DNA of 64,000 bases from Camelus dromedarius (taxonomy: Eukaryota): NCBI RefSeq assembly GCF_036321535.1, contig NC_087447.1, positions 23,684,001 to 23,748,000 on the forward strand, written 5' to 3'. The notes under the pieces were generated by a model. It was not told the DNA's origin. It ran no database searches and saw only the letters and a list, made by a program, of their open reading frames with translations. Positions within the stretch are counted from its first letter, which is position 1. Every line of letters starts with the position of its first letter. Positions 1 to 13,500 of this stretch are shown in pieces. Made by a program: the position numbers and the translations under genes.

Positions 1-625
1 TGTTAATTCACTTCTGTGGGGTGACCTGGAGTAGCAGAGAGTAAAAATGTCCAACTCCCTTCAGTTTCCAGATTACACCATCTTGATTTCTTTCCATTCT
101 CTGCCCCCCTCCAACTCCAGGTCGCTGACATCTCACACATTTCATAAGGTTTTATTATCTGGGTGCGGGAGGAGTACAGCTCTCAAAGAACACTATTGAA
201 TCTTAAGAACAATCACTTCTTGGAACAAGAACACCACAGAAGTAAGAAGCCAACATTCAGTCAAAGAGAAAAATAATCCACCTCAACTATTTTTTCCCGT
301 CTTTCTCCTCTGCCCACCTTTCTTCCTGGAGGAAAGGAAATCGCTAACCCCATGCCTACCAGAATTTCTTATTCCTTGGATGTCTCACTTTTGGAACAAA
401 TGTAACAGAATGAGGAGGAAATAGCCATTGGGGCTCCACTTTGAGAAACAATGGTAGAAGGAGCTGCTTTGCCAACAAGTGGGGCCTCTTTCCCCCTCTA
501 CCCAGTCTGAGGTGAAGAAATGCAGGCAGCAGGCAGTGGCGATCTCTGCCTAAAAACGGGTGGCCTCTAGTCACTCTCCACTTGAGGGGAAGGGCTAGGA
601 GCCGTCTGAAAGACAGCCAACTTAC

Positions 626-685
626 TGTGCTTTTTGGTGTGGGACTTTGTGGGGTGGTCTTGTTCCTTTTTCACATCAGGTGACT
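626..685 (-). CDS. EHF: EHF exon 7 (60 nt)
   Basis: ttttctctttggcag|AG TCA CCT GAT...AAG CAC A|gtaagt; encodes (E)[19 protein letters not shown]. Confidence 0.95.
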
Positions 686-1525
686 CTGCCAAAGAGAAAA
701 AATGAGAACTGCTTAATTTACCTATTTCCTCCAGTTATCATCTTCATTCATTCATCCACTCAGGTAATCAGCATTTATTGAGCACTTACTACATGTCTGG
801 CACTGTTCAAGTATGTGGTCATGACCAAAGCCAAACAGAGATGGTAACTGCTCTGGGGAAAAAACTGCAGGATAAGAAACAGGAGTAGAATTGTGGAGAT
901 GGGAATAATTTGCAATTGAATATAAGATGGTCACAGAAGATCTCTCTCATAAGGGGACCAGAAGGATGTGAGGGAGACAGCTGTACAGAGAGCTTGTGGA
1001 AGAGCCTTCCAAGACTGAGAATAGTAAGTACAAAGGCCCTGGGGTTGGTGTGCACAGAATAGAAGGAAACCAATGTGGCTGTGAGCAAGGGGCAGAGGGT
1101 AGCAGCTGAGATTCCGATCACTAAGGCCTTGTAGGACTTTTTAAGGATTTTAGCTTTTATTCTGAGACAGATGGGAAGCCACTGAGAGATTTAGGTCATT
1201 GAAATGTTTTGCGGGGTTTTTTTTTGTTGTTGTTTTTTTACATAAGACAAAAATGTAAACATTTATAACAAAGAAAGATGACTTTTAAGCCAGAGGAGTG
1301 CCTTTTTTGGCATGCAAAGTTACATTTTAATCAGCCTGACAAAGGGGCCATTGACTGTCTTGAGCTCAGTACAGGGCTGATGGAGGTGGACTATGGAAAC
1401 ACAGATTAGTTTAACAAATGACTCATTACGGTAACTCTTGTGACTGTCACCAGAGGAGATGACAGAGGCAAATCTGTGAAATAAAACTTGTTAAAAAGAA
1501 AACTGAATGATATAGCAGTGTGTGT

Positions 1526-1556
<31 letters not shown>

Positions 1557-4500
1557 GTGTGTGTGAGTGAGTGGGCACTTCCAGTGTCAGGAGGGCTAAA
1601 GCAGATCTTACCAAAAAATACCATAATAGACAACCTGCTGACTTTAATACAGAGCAGTCCCTAAATATAAGCCAGTCCTGGTAAGAAACTGTTTTCTGTG
1701 TGTGTGACATCAGGGCTTTCTAACATAGGGTTTGCTGACCCGTGGGTGGCCTTCAAGGGCATTTCAGACTGAATGAAACTACAGGCAAAGGAAGAGGTCT
1801 ATAGCTTTCAAGACTGTCACGTGTGGTCCATTATTCAATAAACTTTGAACACCAGTGACTCCTGATGAAAATGGTAGAGAAGACCAGTTCCTGTTTCTTG
1901 AGCACTTACTATGTGCCAGGCCCTGTGGTCAGCACTTCACACGAGTCACCTTATTTGCTTCACACAATAACCCTATGAGGTAGGTACTCGTAAGATCCAA
2001 AGTTTACAGCTGGGGAGGATCTGAGACACAGAGAGGTCAAATGCCTTGTCTAAAGCCACACAGCCTGAAACAGGATACAAACAACAACAATTTGAACCCA
2101 GAGGTTTTACTCATAACTCATAACGTTTCTATGCCATTTCCAAAGATGGTGCCACATAACAGCTTTCATACACGTCTTCCCTGCCAAGAATCAGGTTCAG
2201 TTCTGCAACACTCCCGTTAGTGGGAAAGTAACTCCAGTACTCCAGTTTGATAATTCTGTATTTCCCAGCACGCATGGACGCAGTCACCTATCTGATCGCC
2301 CAGACAGTCACAACTCAGAGCTCCCAGCAGTCTGAAAGCCATGGTGGGATGGAGGAGAGAAACTCAGTAAGATCTGGTTAGAAGAGAAACCTCTTCTTCT
2401 AGCTAAGATTTCCCGCGCCTGCCCGCCCACACTCCACATCGCCAGCAGGAGGGCCTGCACATGACTTGGATTTCTCTGAAACCTGGGAGAAGACATTCAC
2501 AGGAAACGCAAGGAGACTCCGCTCTTGCTCCCTGTAGGTTTCAGAGTGAGGTTGCGACATCCCATCAGGATGTGACAATATTGCGACAGGTTGGCACCTA
2601 CCCCAGTTTCCAAGTGATACATCACTCTGACAGGGCCACGTTGTTCTGCAGACAAAGAGTGGCATTTACCCAGCAGGCCACAAGCAAAGCTCGTTTTCAA
2701 ATGGCATCCAGAAGGGGTGCGGGACCATTATCTCAGAGCCAGGGTTGAATTCAGAAAAACCCAAGTGTCTCTCAGCTCACTGGCCTCAATTATTGTTTAG
2801 GGCTTCCAAGCTCAGTTAGAATCAATTCCTTTGGGTATTAAGGTAACTTTATGAGTAAAATGGAAACTTTGGACCCTCTCCCCAGAACAAGGCAGATATG
2901 TATACACTCGTGCAATTCTGTAAACAAATTCAAGAGTTTGTGGGTCACTTAGGAGCCCATGGGCTCCAGATTAAGAACCTCCACACTGGCTAGACCACGA
3001 AGAAATTTCCTCTTTGAGATCTCAGCCATTTATCCAAACTAGACTTCCATCCAGCTTAGGAATGAGCACCACCCCCCACCAAAATTCAGTAAATAAAAAT
3101 ATTTCCATCATCAATTGTATGTAAGAATGTGTAGCCAAAGGCAAAAGAAAACTCAGATTTCTTCCAGCTTCTTCTTGCCATCCCCAGTGCATGGGGAGCC
3201 AAGCTGTGGAATCCCCAATCTGCCACAGCTCTAAAGTCTTTTGATCTGAAACCTCACCTTACTATGATGGCCTCTCTCCATGTGTCTTCCTTTTGCCTCA
3301 GAATAAAAGTCAAAACCTTTGAAGTCCACCCTTGTGGTTAAGTGATTCATTCCTATAAAATAATGGCTTGCTCTGGGGAAGTTGTCCAGCTTGGCTTTCT
3401 CTCACTCCGCCCCCAGGCACCTCAGGCCAAGGTCCAGTCCGGGCAGGGGCAGCACCAAGGCATGAGTTTATGATGAGTTCCAGAGCATGACTTCAGCTAA
3501 GCTGCTTCTCAAGAAGCAAAGATTAGAAGCATTTGCATATGATTCAGCTGTGAGCCATTTCTTTACGGGATATACAAATTTCAGTGTTATAATAGAGCAT
3601 GCCACCCTTGCTCTAGGCTTGGCAAGTCAGTGGATAAACACATCAAGCCCGAGCTGGCGTGACTGGCGGGGGACTATCGGGCACATCAGGAACACTGGCA
3701 GCCATTTTCTGAACCGGGCTGATGACAAAGCAATCAAAACACAGCCCGCTTCCCCGCCTGTGTTTATCAGCCAGGGCATCAGTTTATGTGTGGCCTCGCC
3801 TCGCCTCGGCACAGCTTGTAACTTGCATTAAAACATACAAAGATACTTCACTGCACTCAGTTTCATGGGAGCTGGGAATCCAAAGATGCAGGCAAATGAC
3901 CAAGGTCTTTTTGGGGGGTGGGGGGTGTTCTGCTCCCATCCAGTAGAGACTGAACTGTTGTGAAAGGAATTCATCTTTACAAGGATGTAATTAACTGTCC
4001 GACTTGGAGGGCCGTTCCTCCAAAGAATTTACCAACCCAGACACTGAATTGATTCTGATAGGGGTCCTGGATGGCTTGTCTCATGTTCCAGCCTATGTTA
4101 CAACCACAGGATAGGAATCTGGGGCAAGGACTTCAAGAATCAAGGCAAGTGAGGAAGAGCAGATTTGTAAAGCCCATTTTTTGTTTTGTTTTGTATTTGG
4201 GGAGAGGGAGGGATTTGGGTTTATTTATTTATTTATTTAATGGAGGTACTGGGAGTTGAACCCAGGACCTCATGCATGCTAAGTAGGCACTCTACCACTG
4301 AGCTACACCCTCCCTCGTAAAGCCCATTTTAAGAAGGACTATTCAAAGTAGACGAGATGGATTCAGGAGGCAGTGAGTTCCCTGTTACTGCAAATATGAA
4401 AGCAGACATTGGCCCCTAAGGATTCTGAGACTCTAGAAGGTGAGTTCAGGACACAGAAGAGAGAAGGGTGGCCTGGCTGTGAGGGCGGCAGAGCTGTGAC

Positions 4501-7500
4501 TATGGTTTTTCGTTTCCCAGGTGCCTCAAGACCTAACAACCCCTGAGGCTCAGGAAATGGTTGGTTCAGCTTTATTCTTAGTTGGAATCCTTTGCCCTAA
4601 GCCAAAGACCCAGGGACATGAGAGGTGACACCTTAGGAAGTGTGAGAGGGATTTAGAGGGTGACTAGAGTGGTTTCCTCAGCTCTGAAAACCTCCGTCTT
4701 GACTGGGTGGCAACAACTGCCATGGAATTTTTACCCCAATTGGCTCAGCTCCCCCAGAATGGCAAATCCACCGCAGAACCTTTCCAGTGTTTGATCCATT
4801 TCCTAATTTCAGCAAATACTTAGAGTGACACAAAATGCTACGGGCCTCTTGCGGGGGAGGGGGGGGAGTAGAGAAATGAATTGGCCTCTGTCTTAACCTC
4901 AGTTCCAGATGCATTTATACTGGCTCCCAGCCCTGCCTCATTCAAGCGGCTTGACCAGAACAAAACCTCAAACCAAGAGCTTTCATTATTTCACTTCTCA
5001 AAAACACCCTCAAAAAAAACAAAAAGAACATAAAAAAAAGTTTAAAAAAAAAGTGAAAAGTCTGAATGCTATCTAATACAATTAATTTAAAAAAAAAAAA
5101 AAAAAGAGGGAGGAAGGGTTGTTGTTTGATTCCATGCTTTCATTCACAAACACTCTTTTAAATCCCAGTTCTGAAGCTGCCCTAAATTCAGTTCCAGGAA
5201 AAGACAGATTCACTTGTGACAAGTCTAAGCTCCATTTCACAGACCCAAAATGATCCACAAATTCGCATCCAGATCAAGGGACAACACGCAACCCTCTGTT
5301 CACCTCCCCAGCACACTCATTCCTACCAACGTACCTATTTGTGAGCGGACGAGGGGAAATGTGATCTAAATACAACCTGAAAGCCCCTCTCCCAGATTCC
5401 CAACAGACCAACCGTCTCACCCAGGGGAACCTTGAGTCAGGCAGAGCCCCCAGATGCATCCAATCTTAACCAAATACAACCACTGTGAACATAATTCATA
5501 AAGTGCAGGTGGTCTGACCAATGAGAGAGTCCTGCTGAGCCATCAGGGTCAGACTTAAAAGCTGACCTACGATTCCCAGGGTTCTAGAAATTTTCAGTTG
5601 CTACCTCTCCACCCAGAGACCATCATCACCGAGTCACTGACCTCTGAATCCCACTGTTAGCCATTCTTCCTCTAAAGCCAAAGACAGCTTATTGAAAAGT
5701 AAATATAGCCTTCTCCCCATAAGTATGAATAATTTCACCAGATAATTTCCCCAAACCAAGTTTTTTTTTTTTTAATTGAAAAGAGTATTTTTGTTGTCAC
5801 AAGAGAGTGACTTGGTTTCACTTGTTGTCTTCGAGAGTGACAAGGAGACAAACACTTTTCCTAGAGGCATCCTTGCTGGTCATTTTCAATGTACAAATAT
5901 AGGGTCAAAAGCAGACTTTTTATAAATAGTAATTCTGTTCCTTTCCTAGCCTTTCAATGAGAAAGACTCCAGCAAAGTGGAAACTTAGGTCATTGGTGAT
6001 TCTCAGTGAGCAATTGCATGAGGCACACTCAGCCTCGGGTGTCAGGGCAACTTACCAACAGGAAGGTGACCCGTGGTTGTCATGGAGATCTGGGCCCGGC
6101 AAAAAGTTTTGCTGTCCAACAGATCTGTGGCGATGAAAAGATAAAGGACATTAAGAGCCCCCTCCTTACCATATACCTTTTTGGCAGTTAGAAAAACAAT
6201 AAAAATGTAAAAGGGTTTTAAGTGTTGGGGAGTTAGTTACCTACTGTGCTACCATAGTTGGTGTCATATAAATAGTTTTCTTCTTTCCAGGTGTTCATGA
6301 GGGAAGGGTCTACAAAGGACAGAAAACGGGAATGTCAGCAACCATCTTCCCCAGGTAGGGCATTTGCCTTTTCTAACTCACTGTTCAGCAAGAGGTGTGG
6401 GGAAAGGGAGTGGTTCTCAGAGAGAGAAGATTCTGCTTCAGCCACATGTCACTTTATAATCATGTTACCCCATTTTTATTCCTGTGTCCTGGGGAGATGG
6501 ACTTTCTAGGAGTTCTACACCTGTTGCATTTTTAGGGAAGTCAAAGAAGGTACAGCAGTGGGATCCTGTCCTAGACCTAGGATGCTTTCCTGGGGATTTT
6601 CCCAGTCTACACTTAGCGGGGGGGAAGGTTCAGGAGCTTCGTCTTGTCTTGCATTTTACTGTATTATCACCAGAAGATTTTTATACTAGTAGAAAAAAAT
6701 GGGGAGGGACAGATAAAGTCATGCTTAATGAGTATCTTTTCCTAGTGATATCTTCCTGGGAGAATTAAGAATGCTTCTTTCAGAAAAAGTCTGCTCAGTC
6801 TTATATCACAGTGTCTTCGTTGCTGAAATCCAGAGAGAATCTCAAGTTGGGTGACAGTCCCCTCCCTCTGAGATTTCTCCAGTATGCTTAAGGGATGACA
6901 TAAAATTTTCAAAACAAAATTAAGGAGACATGGAGGAGAGTGTTTCCGAATCAAATCCTCTCTCTCCCTCTCTCTCTCTCTCTCTGTCTCTCTCCAGTGT
7001 GCTGGGTAAGCATGTCTCAGTCCAATCAACTCTTCAAATTTCTGATTCAAAGAAGACTTCCCTCCACCTACCCCAAATGAAGCCCCTGACTTCTACATAT
7101 TCCCCCTCCTCTGGGCTGGTCTCCAGCAGAAGCATCTTCTTTCCTGGCTGGCCAAGAGCTGTAAGACCTGGCCAGGGCTGTCACCTCATCCCCACCAAGA
7201 ATTTCCTGTGTTCCCCTCTTCACACATAGAGGCTACTCTCAGCCCTCTCCTGCTCGGCATCTGAATTTCAGGGCTGGGGTGGTAAGCCACCAGCCAAGTT
7301 TCATTTTGTTTTTACAGCATAAACGGTATAAAACCTGACTCACTGGCTAAGTCGTCCTGTTTATGACAGAGGGATTTAGCTGGTATTTTAACTAATAGCT
7401 ACGTGTTTGGGCACCCCAAGCCCAATCTCTTGGGGTTACACCCTCTCTCCTTGTTGGGTCATCTCGTACACCTGTTGTTGTCTCTGAAAACAAACTGAAC

Positions 7501-10500
7501 CAAAGAGGTTTGGGGGTGTTGTTCCCTGTGCGAGCCTCCTCTCCCATCCTCCCTGGGTGGACCGTCTTCCCCACCCTTCAGCTCACCTTTTCGGAACTGG
7601 CAACACGAGAATGTCTAGATGGTCCAGGAGGAACTGTCAAGTATTTGGGATCTCTCCAGTACCACCCTGGCTCCTCCAGTGGGGCTATCTGTCTGGTCGG
7701 TGGTGGGGGTTGGGGGTGGTAGGGGTGGGGGCACCATCCTCTCAGCCAAGTCCTGTGACCGCCTCTAAGGCAGCCAGGCCCTTGAAGCACAGACTACCTG
7801 GGTAGCTCAGCCCCTGGTCTCTGGGGGGAAGGGCAGGACTAGACAAACCTAATTAACATGCTTAGCAGCTATTGTTTTTTCTTTAATAATGGGAGACCAG
7901 CCCCCTTATAAAAGAGCACATAACTCTGTGGGGCCCATTTCTGCCCTCAGTGACTCACCAGTCACCCCAGGTCAAATTCTGTTCTTGGTGACTGGCACGC
8001 AACCCTCAGGGAGGCCTGTAGCCAGCTCGGTGGTTGGCCCGTGTGGCCCGCATTCTCACCGATGTGGACATGGGGAGCGACCCTGGAGCAGTGGCAGATA
8101 CACAGTTTTATCGTGGCCAGTGGACTTGGGGGGGACTTGGCAGAGCTCTCCCTAGACTGAGAGCTCATAGGCCGAAGGAGCTATGACTGGTACAAGGCTC
8201 TGTGCACACACTCTCCAGGCAGTTACCGTGCCCTGCAAGTCCCCAGGGGACACAGAAAACCCCAGCAGAGAGACTGGGACAGAGGAAGCGGGGATGATTA
8301 GGCAGACGAAGGAGAACAAAAATGAATGTAGCTACCCTGGGACTGCAGACCCTCCTTGGAGCTCAGAATCGTGGCTTCTGTCTAAAAGTGCAGGAGTTGA
8401 TTCCACAGCTGCCTTTGGACATCCCTACAGAAACTCCAAGTTCCCTCAAAACTATGGTAACAATAACACCAAGTCTGAATCTTTCTCCTCCTTGTGAAAC
8501 ACGCCCCAGCCAAGGGAGGAGGGGGAGAGTAGACTCTGACCCCTTCCTCTTCGCTCCCCTTGCTTCTCCTAACCTGCCCAAGTCCGGTCCCCTGACTCTC
8601 CTGGTAATGAGAAGGAAGCCCACTTAGACTCTCTGGGTTTTTTTCTGGCTCCTGAATCAGAGCCTGGATGCTACCCTGACCACCCATGGGGAGCAGAGGA
8701 GTGTGGGCAGAATTTGGCTCACCATCAGCAGGCTAGAAATCAGAATTAGTTGGCAGTCACCAGTCCCAAGGACAAGGAACTGGGCTCATGGCGGGGTGGC
8801 CCATCGGAGACAGAGGGGAAGCAGCATCCCTGGGTTTCCTGCCAAAACCCTGACTCCGCCCTGCTCCCACACTGCCCCTCACACTCCCTCCCACTCCTCC
8901 TCCCCAGGTCTTCGCCTACCAAGGTGGCTCCCACCATCTGCCACTACTCACCAGTTTGTTCTGTCTTGACAATGACATTGTGTGTGGACTGGAACAGATC
9001 ACTGCTGCACTGGCCTGTGAAGGACAGATTGGGAAGGTCAAAGTGGGCCCACGCGGAGCCCAAACGTGATGCTTAACCAAGGGCGAAGCTGGCTTCTTGG
9101 AAAAGCTTCTGCCAATCCCACTGCCTAATCACTTCTCTTTGCTTCTGGGAGAGGGCTTCCCTCTCTGCATCTACAAACTCAAGCCTAGAATCCCGGGTCC
9201 AGAAAATCAGTAGCTAGGATACTCATATCAGATGGAAATATTTGGCCTTCTATAGAGAAGACACCCAGTATGGTGGAAATAAAAGTTCAGAAGTCAGAAG
9301 ACCAGTTTTTCCACTAACAGCTGCAAGGCACTTGAGCTATCTGGGTCTTGGTTTCCCCATCTGTAAATTTAGGGGATTAAACTGGATAAAGTCATTAGAT
9401 GGCCTCTGAGGTGCTTTCCCATACTAAGATCTGCTACAAAATGAAAACAAAAATACAAGGAAAACCTTCTTGATTCTTCTTTGAGCTTAAATTGAAACAA
9501 ACCCCTTTTTGATTAGATCCAATCTAAGAGATAACATTTGGATCAATGCGGTGATTCTTCCCTTATTTATGCATTGCAACTTCTCTCTAGATGTATCCTG
9601 TACAAAAGCACATATACACATGTGACTTTTTCCTCCCCAGCCAGATTGTAAATATCTCAGGTGTAGAAGTCATGCTTTAAGCTCTCTGACCTTCAGTTTT
9701 CCCAAATGAAAACTGCACCTGTCAAATAGAGGCAATATTTATTTTCTCATAAGGCCACCAAATGAATTGACTCACTTAGAGTCCTTGTATAGGTAAAGAC
9801 TCAGTAAATATAAGTTAACAGAATGTCTACAAAAAGGCAAACAACGCAACAAAAGTGAAAAATCGGGTCATCAGGCATTCAGAGGCACCAGGAGCATGCA
9901 GCAGGGCCAAATGAGCCATGGACGGTCAGAGATGGACGGTCACAGATGGCCACATCACCTCCCAGGCCTCCCTGCCTTAAGCTTCAATCAGGGCAAAGCT
10001 TTAAAGGAGAAGATTTAATTGGAGGTAGGGAGGGAAATATTTTTAATTCTTCAAGGGTAAGTGTCTCTTTCTGAAGATTCCTGGGGGTTATTTATAGAGC
10101 TTTGTTTGGTTTGGTTCTAGTTAAAAAAAAAAAAAGAGTAACCACCTCTGTGAGGTGGGTGGGAAGTAGGGAGTGCCCAGGAGCTGAATGAGGTCATCCC
10201 AAAAGGCCACTGCGCTGCCAGCTCCGTGGCCAGACATTGGGTCCGCCTCAGTGTCGACAGCAGCTGTCAGGATCTGAATCTGGTTCATGGCCCTGGAGCT
10301 CATGCTTCCCAAAGCGCCAGCCACATGCCCAAACACAGGTTCTCTTCAACAGACATGCCCATTCTGATGTAGACGGGCCAGCTCTCTTTTCCCACGTATC
10401 ACTGCTTTCCAAAACAATTCTCAGAGAAGCTGGGTTTTTTTATAGCCATTATCGGAAGAAACTCGGGCCAGGGTCAAAGACATCCTGCAAGATGAGTTGT

Positions 10501-13500
10501 CTCCCCTACCAGGTCTTGCAAGCCAGTTTAGGAAGAGTGCGTGTGTGAATAAACTATCGCTGAGGGACAGCCTTTGAAGGGTACCTGTCTGTGTGCTACG
10601 TGAGGCCTCAGGAGAGACATCTGGGGCTCGAGGCAGCACCAATTCCAGAAATCACTGCAGAAACATCCCAAACATGTCCAGACTGTTGGTTCTAACCCTT
10701 TGTTTTCTATTTAGGACCTTTTAAGAATCTGCTGAAATACCATAAGCTTTCTCCCCTCCCAAAAAACAAACTAGATCTAATTTTGCCTATTTTCTTACCA
10801 CGCTTAGGTCCCATCTTAAGAACTTAGGTATAGAAGGTTAAAAAAAAAAAAAAACAAAAAAAAACAAAGCCATGATGATCTAACAAGCAAGTGATTGGGA
10901 ATTAAACAATTGAACCCTGTGTTTCCAAGAGAAAGAAGAGGTCTTCTGAGAGCAGCAAGTATTCTGTGAATAACCAGCTCGTCCTTGTCTCCTTGAAAAT
11001 TAACCATAAGGAGAGAATTAAATTACGCTGGCTTTGTATGGGATTAGACACACCTTGCACCCTAGGCTTCAGGTCTGTCCTCTCACCTCCCTCCTCCCTC
11101 CTCGTCTTGGGAAACAGTAATTTGGAAGTGAAACCATCCTTGGATGTCCCTAAACAGGGGCCCTGCCGGCTGTGGAGTCTCTGCCCTTCCCAGCTGGCTC
11201 CTAGCAGGATGGAGAGAGAGAGGGAGTCACCGTTCCACTTGAGATGCTGCAAGTTGCTGTAGAGGAGCTGTCCCGCCGTCCCTGCTGCCCGGGTGAACTC
11301 CTGCAGACTCATGCTGCAGAGGTGCTCGCCATTGATGTCAAACTCCTGGAAAGGGATGCNNNNNNNNNNNNNNNNNNNNNNNNNNNNNNNNNNNNNNNNN
11401 NNNNNNNNNNNNNNNNNNNNNNNNNNNNNNNNNNNNNNNNNNNNNNNNNNNNNNNNNNNNNNNNNNNNNNNNNNNNNNNNNNNNNNNNNNNGCGGCCCTG
11501 TGAGTGACCCGTGTTTGCTCCTGGGCATGGTCCCAGACCTAGGGATGCCCTGCTAACGGCTGGATATCATGGGGATCACAGCCACAATCTGCTTCCATCA
11601 GCGGGGATAGGAACATGAGATGGGCTCCAGAGAGGAGGCTCTTAGAAACATAGCTCTTTCCCCAGTTGTGGTGGGAGTCAAAAATTCAGCCTCCATACAT
11701 CTTCACGTCCTTCCTCGTGTATTTACCCCTGGGCCCTGCATGAGGACACAAGACCTGAAATGCTCTGAGGTCACACACTCATTCCCCACCTCCCACAAAG
11801 TACCATGAACACTAGAGCACTGCCACAGTTTCGGCAACTTATTAGCTTACGTCCACACCCACGCGGTTCTTTCCACTCCCTCTCTCTCTCCTGTTTCTTT
11901 GTCTCTCTTACACACTCATATATACACATACGTACCCAAAATTCAGACCATATTCCACCAAAAATGAAGCCTTTTCTCTATGATGCCTTTGCTTCTCCCC
12001 AAAGTGGTCCAGATTATTCATCTGCTCACTGTGTGGATGTCCCCCCACCTCATGCTGGTTATGACAGCCACTGTGATGTCACGTCCCTACTCAGTTACCT
12101 TCAGCAGTTTCCCATTATCCCCTGAAATTGGGTACAAAACTGCCAAGTCAGGGATTGAGGCTCTTCACTAACTGTAATTCAAGTGCCCTTTTGCCTTTTT
12201 CCTATGCTGTTCTTTCAGCCCAGTTTGTATTCCACCTCTCACTCCCTGTTGAGTTCCTACCCAGCTTTGCAGATTCTGACCACCCCATGAAGCCGTCGCG
12301 GACCCCCGACTTACTGCGAGGGCTGCTGTCCCCTGAATCTCCGTGAGACATGCTTTGTGTTTCTCCCAATGACTTTTGCCGTGTTCTGCCTTTCTTGACA
12401 GGTCTCTAAGTACAGTCCTATTCTCCTTTGTACATTGTATGTTCAAGGTCATGGACTCTGTCTTACCCATCCTCGTATCTCCCATAAAAACCACCTCAGA
12501 TACTTTGTCATCAGAGGTGCTCTCTACTTCTTTAGTGGAATTTGTTGCTGAAGAAGAAACAATGTAGGAACCTGGAAGAGCTGTGAGGTGCATTCACAAG
12601 AAGGTTAATTCAAGTACCGGGGAAGAAGTGGAGGTCATTCAAGCCCATAAATACTGCTGAGCTTACCAGGGCCGGACCGTCTAGGTACGCAAGCCTCTTG
12701 CTCACTTAAGAGAACATCACTCAGTCAGCCCACAGTCCCGGGGCGGCGGGGAAGAGAGGCCAGCCTCTGGGCAAGTGTGACTAGGCTGAGAGACCTTACA
12801 GTCCCCCTCAAGGCGGGCCAGCCGAGGGCAGGAGCTTTCTTGTGAGAAAGGTGAGAGGCAGGGAAAAAGGGAGGACCCTCTTCCAGCCCGCCAAGCTGAA
12901 GTAGGGGAAAGTCTACTGAACATGACACAGAGATATTCCCACCAATCTCCAGGACAGATCAACCAGAGGATAATGTAAGAAACTGCCCCTAAATTTTTCT
13001 TCAAGGTCATGCTTGATCAGTACTTCTCAAACTCTAACGTGATTATGAATCACCAGGGAATGTTGTTCAAATGCGGATTCTTATTCCATAGATCTGGGGT
13101 GAGGCCTGAGTTTCTGCATTCCTAACAAGCTTCCACGGGATAGTGATGATGCTGGCTGCTGGATACAGTCTGAGTGACAAGGAGCAACAGAGCGGCAAGA
13201 GTTTTGATTCTCATAATGCCCATGGCCCCGCCCGCAACACCCCCTAGAGGAGAGGCTGAAGGGGGGCTGTTTCCAATCCGGTCCTATCTTGCTCACCCCC
13301 TTTGAATCCATCCACTGCTTCCAGACCTCGGCAGCTCTAAGAGCAGGAGGTCAAGGTCATGTGGACACGAAGGTGACTACCCCAGGTGGTACCTGCCACG
13401 TACATCATGTGCCTTACTCCTCCTACCTCATGGCCACACAAAAGCAGCCCTAAATGCTCAGCTCCTGCCCTGAAGGGGAAGCCAAAAGTGGAGGGGAAGA

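Noticed and set aside
1-625. Search for the EHF ETS-domain exons (…PRGTHLWEFIRDILL…)
   Set aside because: Not present in any frame; they must lie beyond the left edge of the window.
10351-10360. p53/p63 half-sites (AGACATGCCC here; AGGCATGTCT near 55322)
   Set aside because: No correctly spaced second half-site.
10902-11528. 208-aa minus-strand ORF
   Set aside because: It is EHF exon 3 read through into flanking introns and across an N-gap, not a separate gene.
12168-12593. 141-aa minus-strand ORF in intron 2
   Set aside because: No recognisable family and no convincing splice or Kozak signals. A BLASTP/TBLASTN search would settle it.
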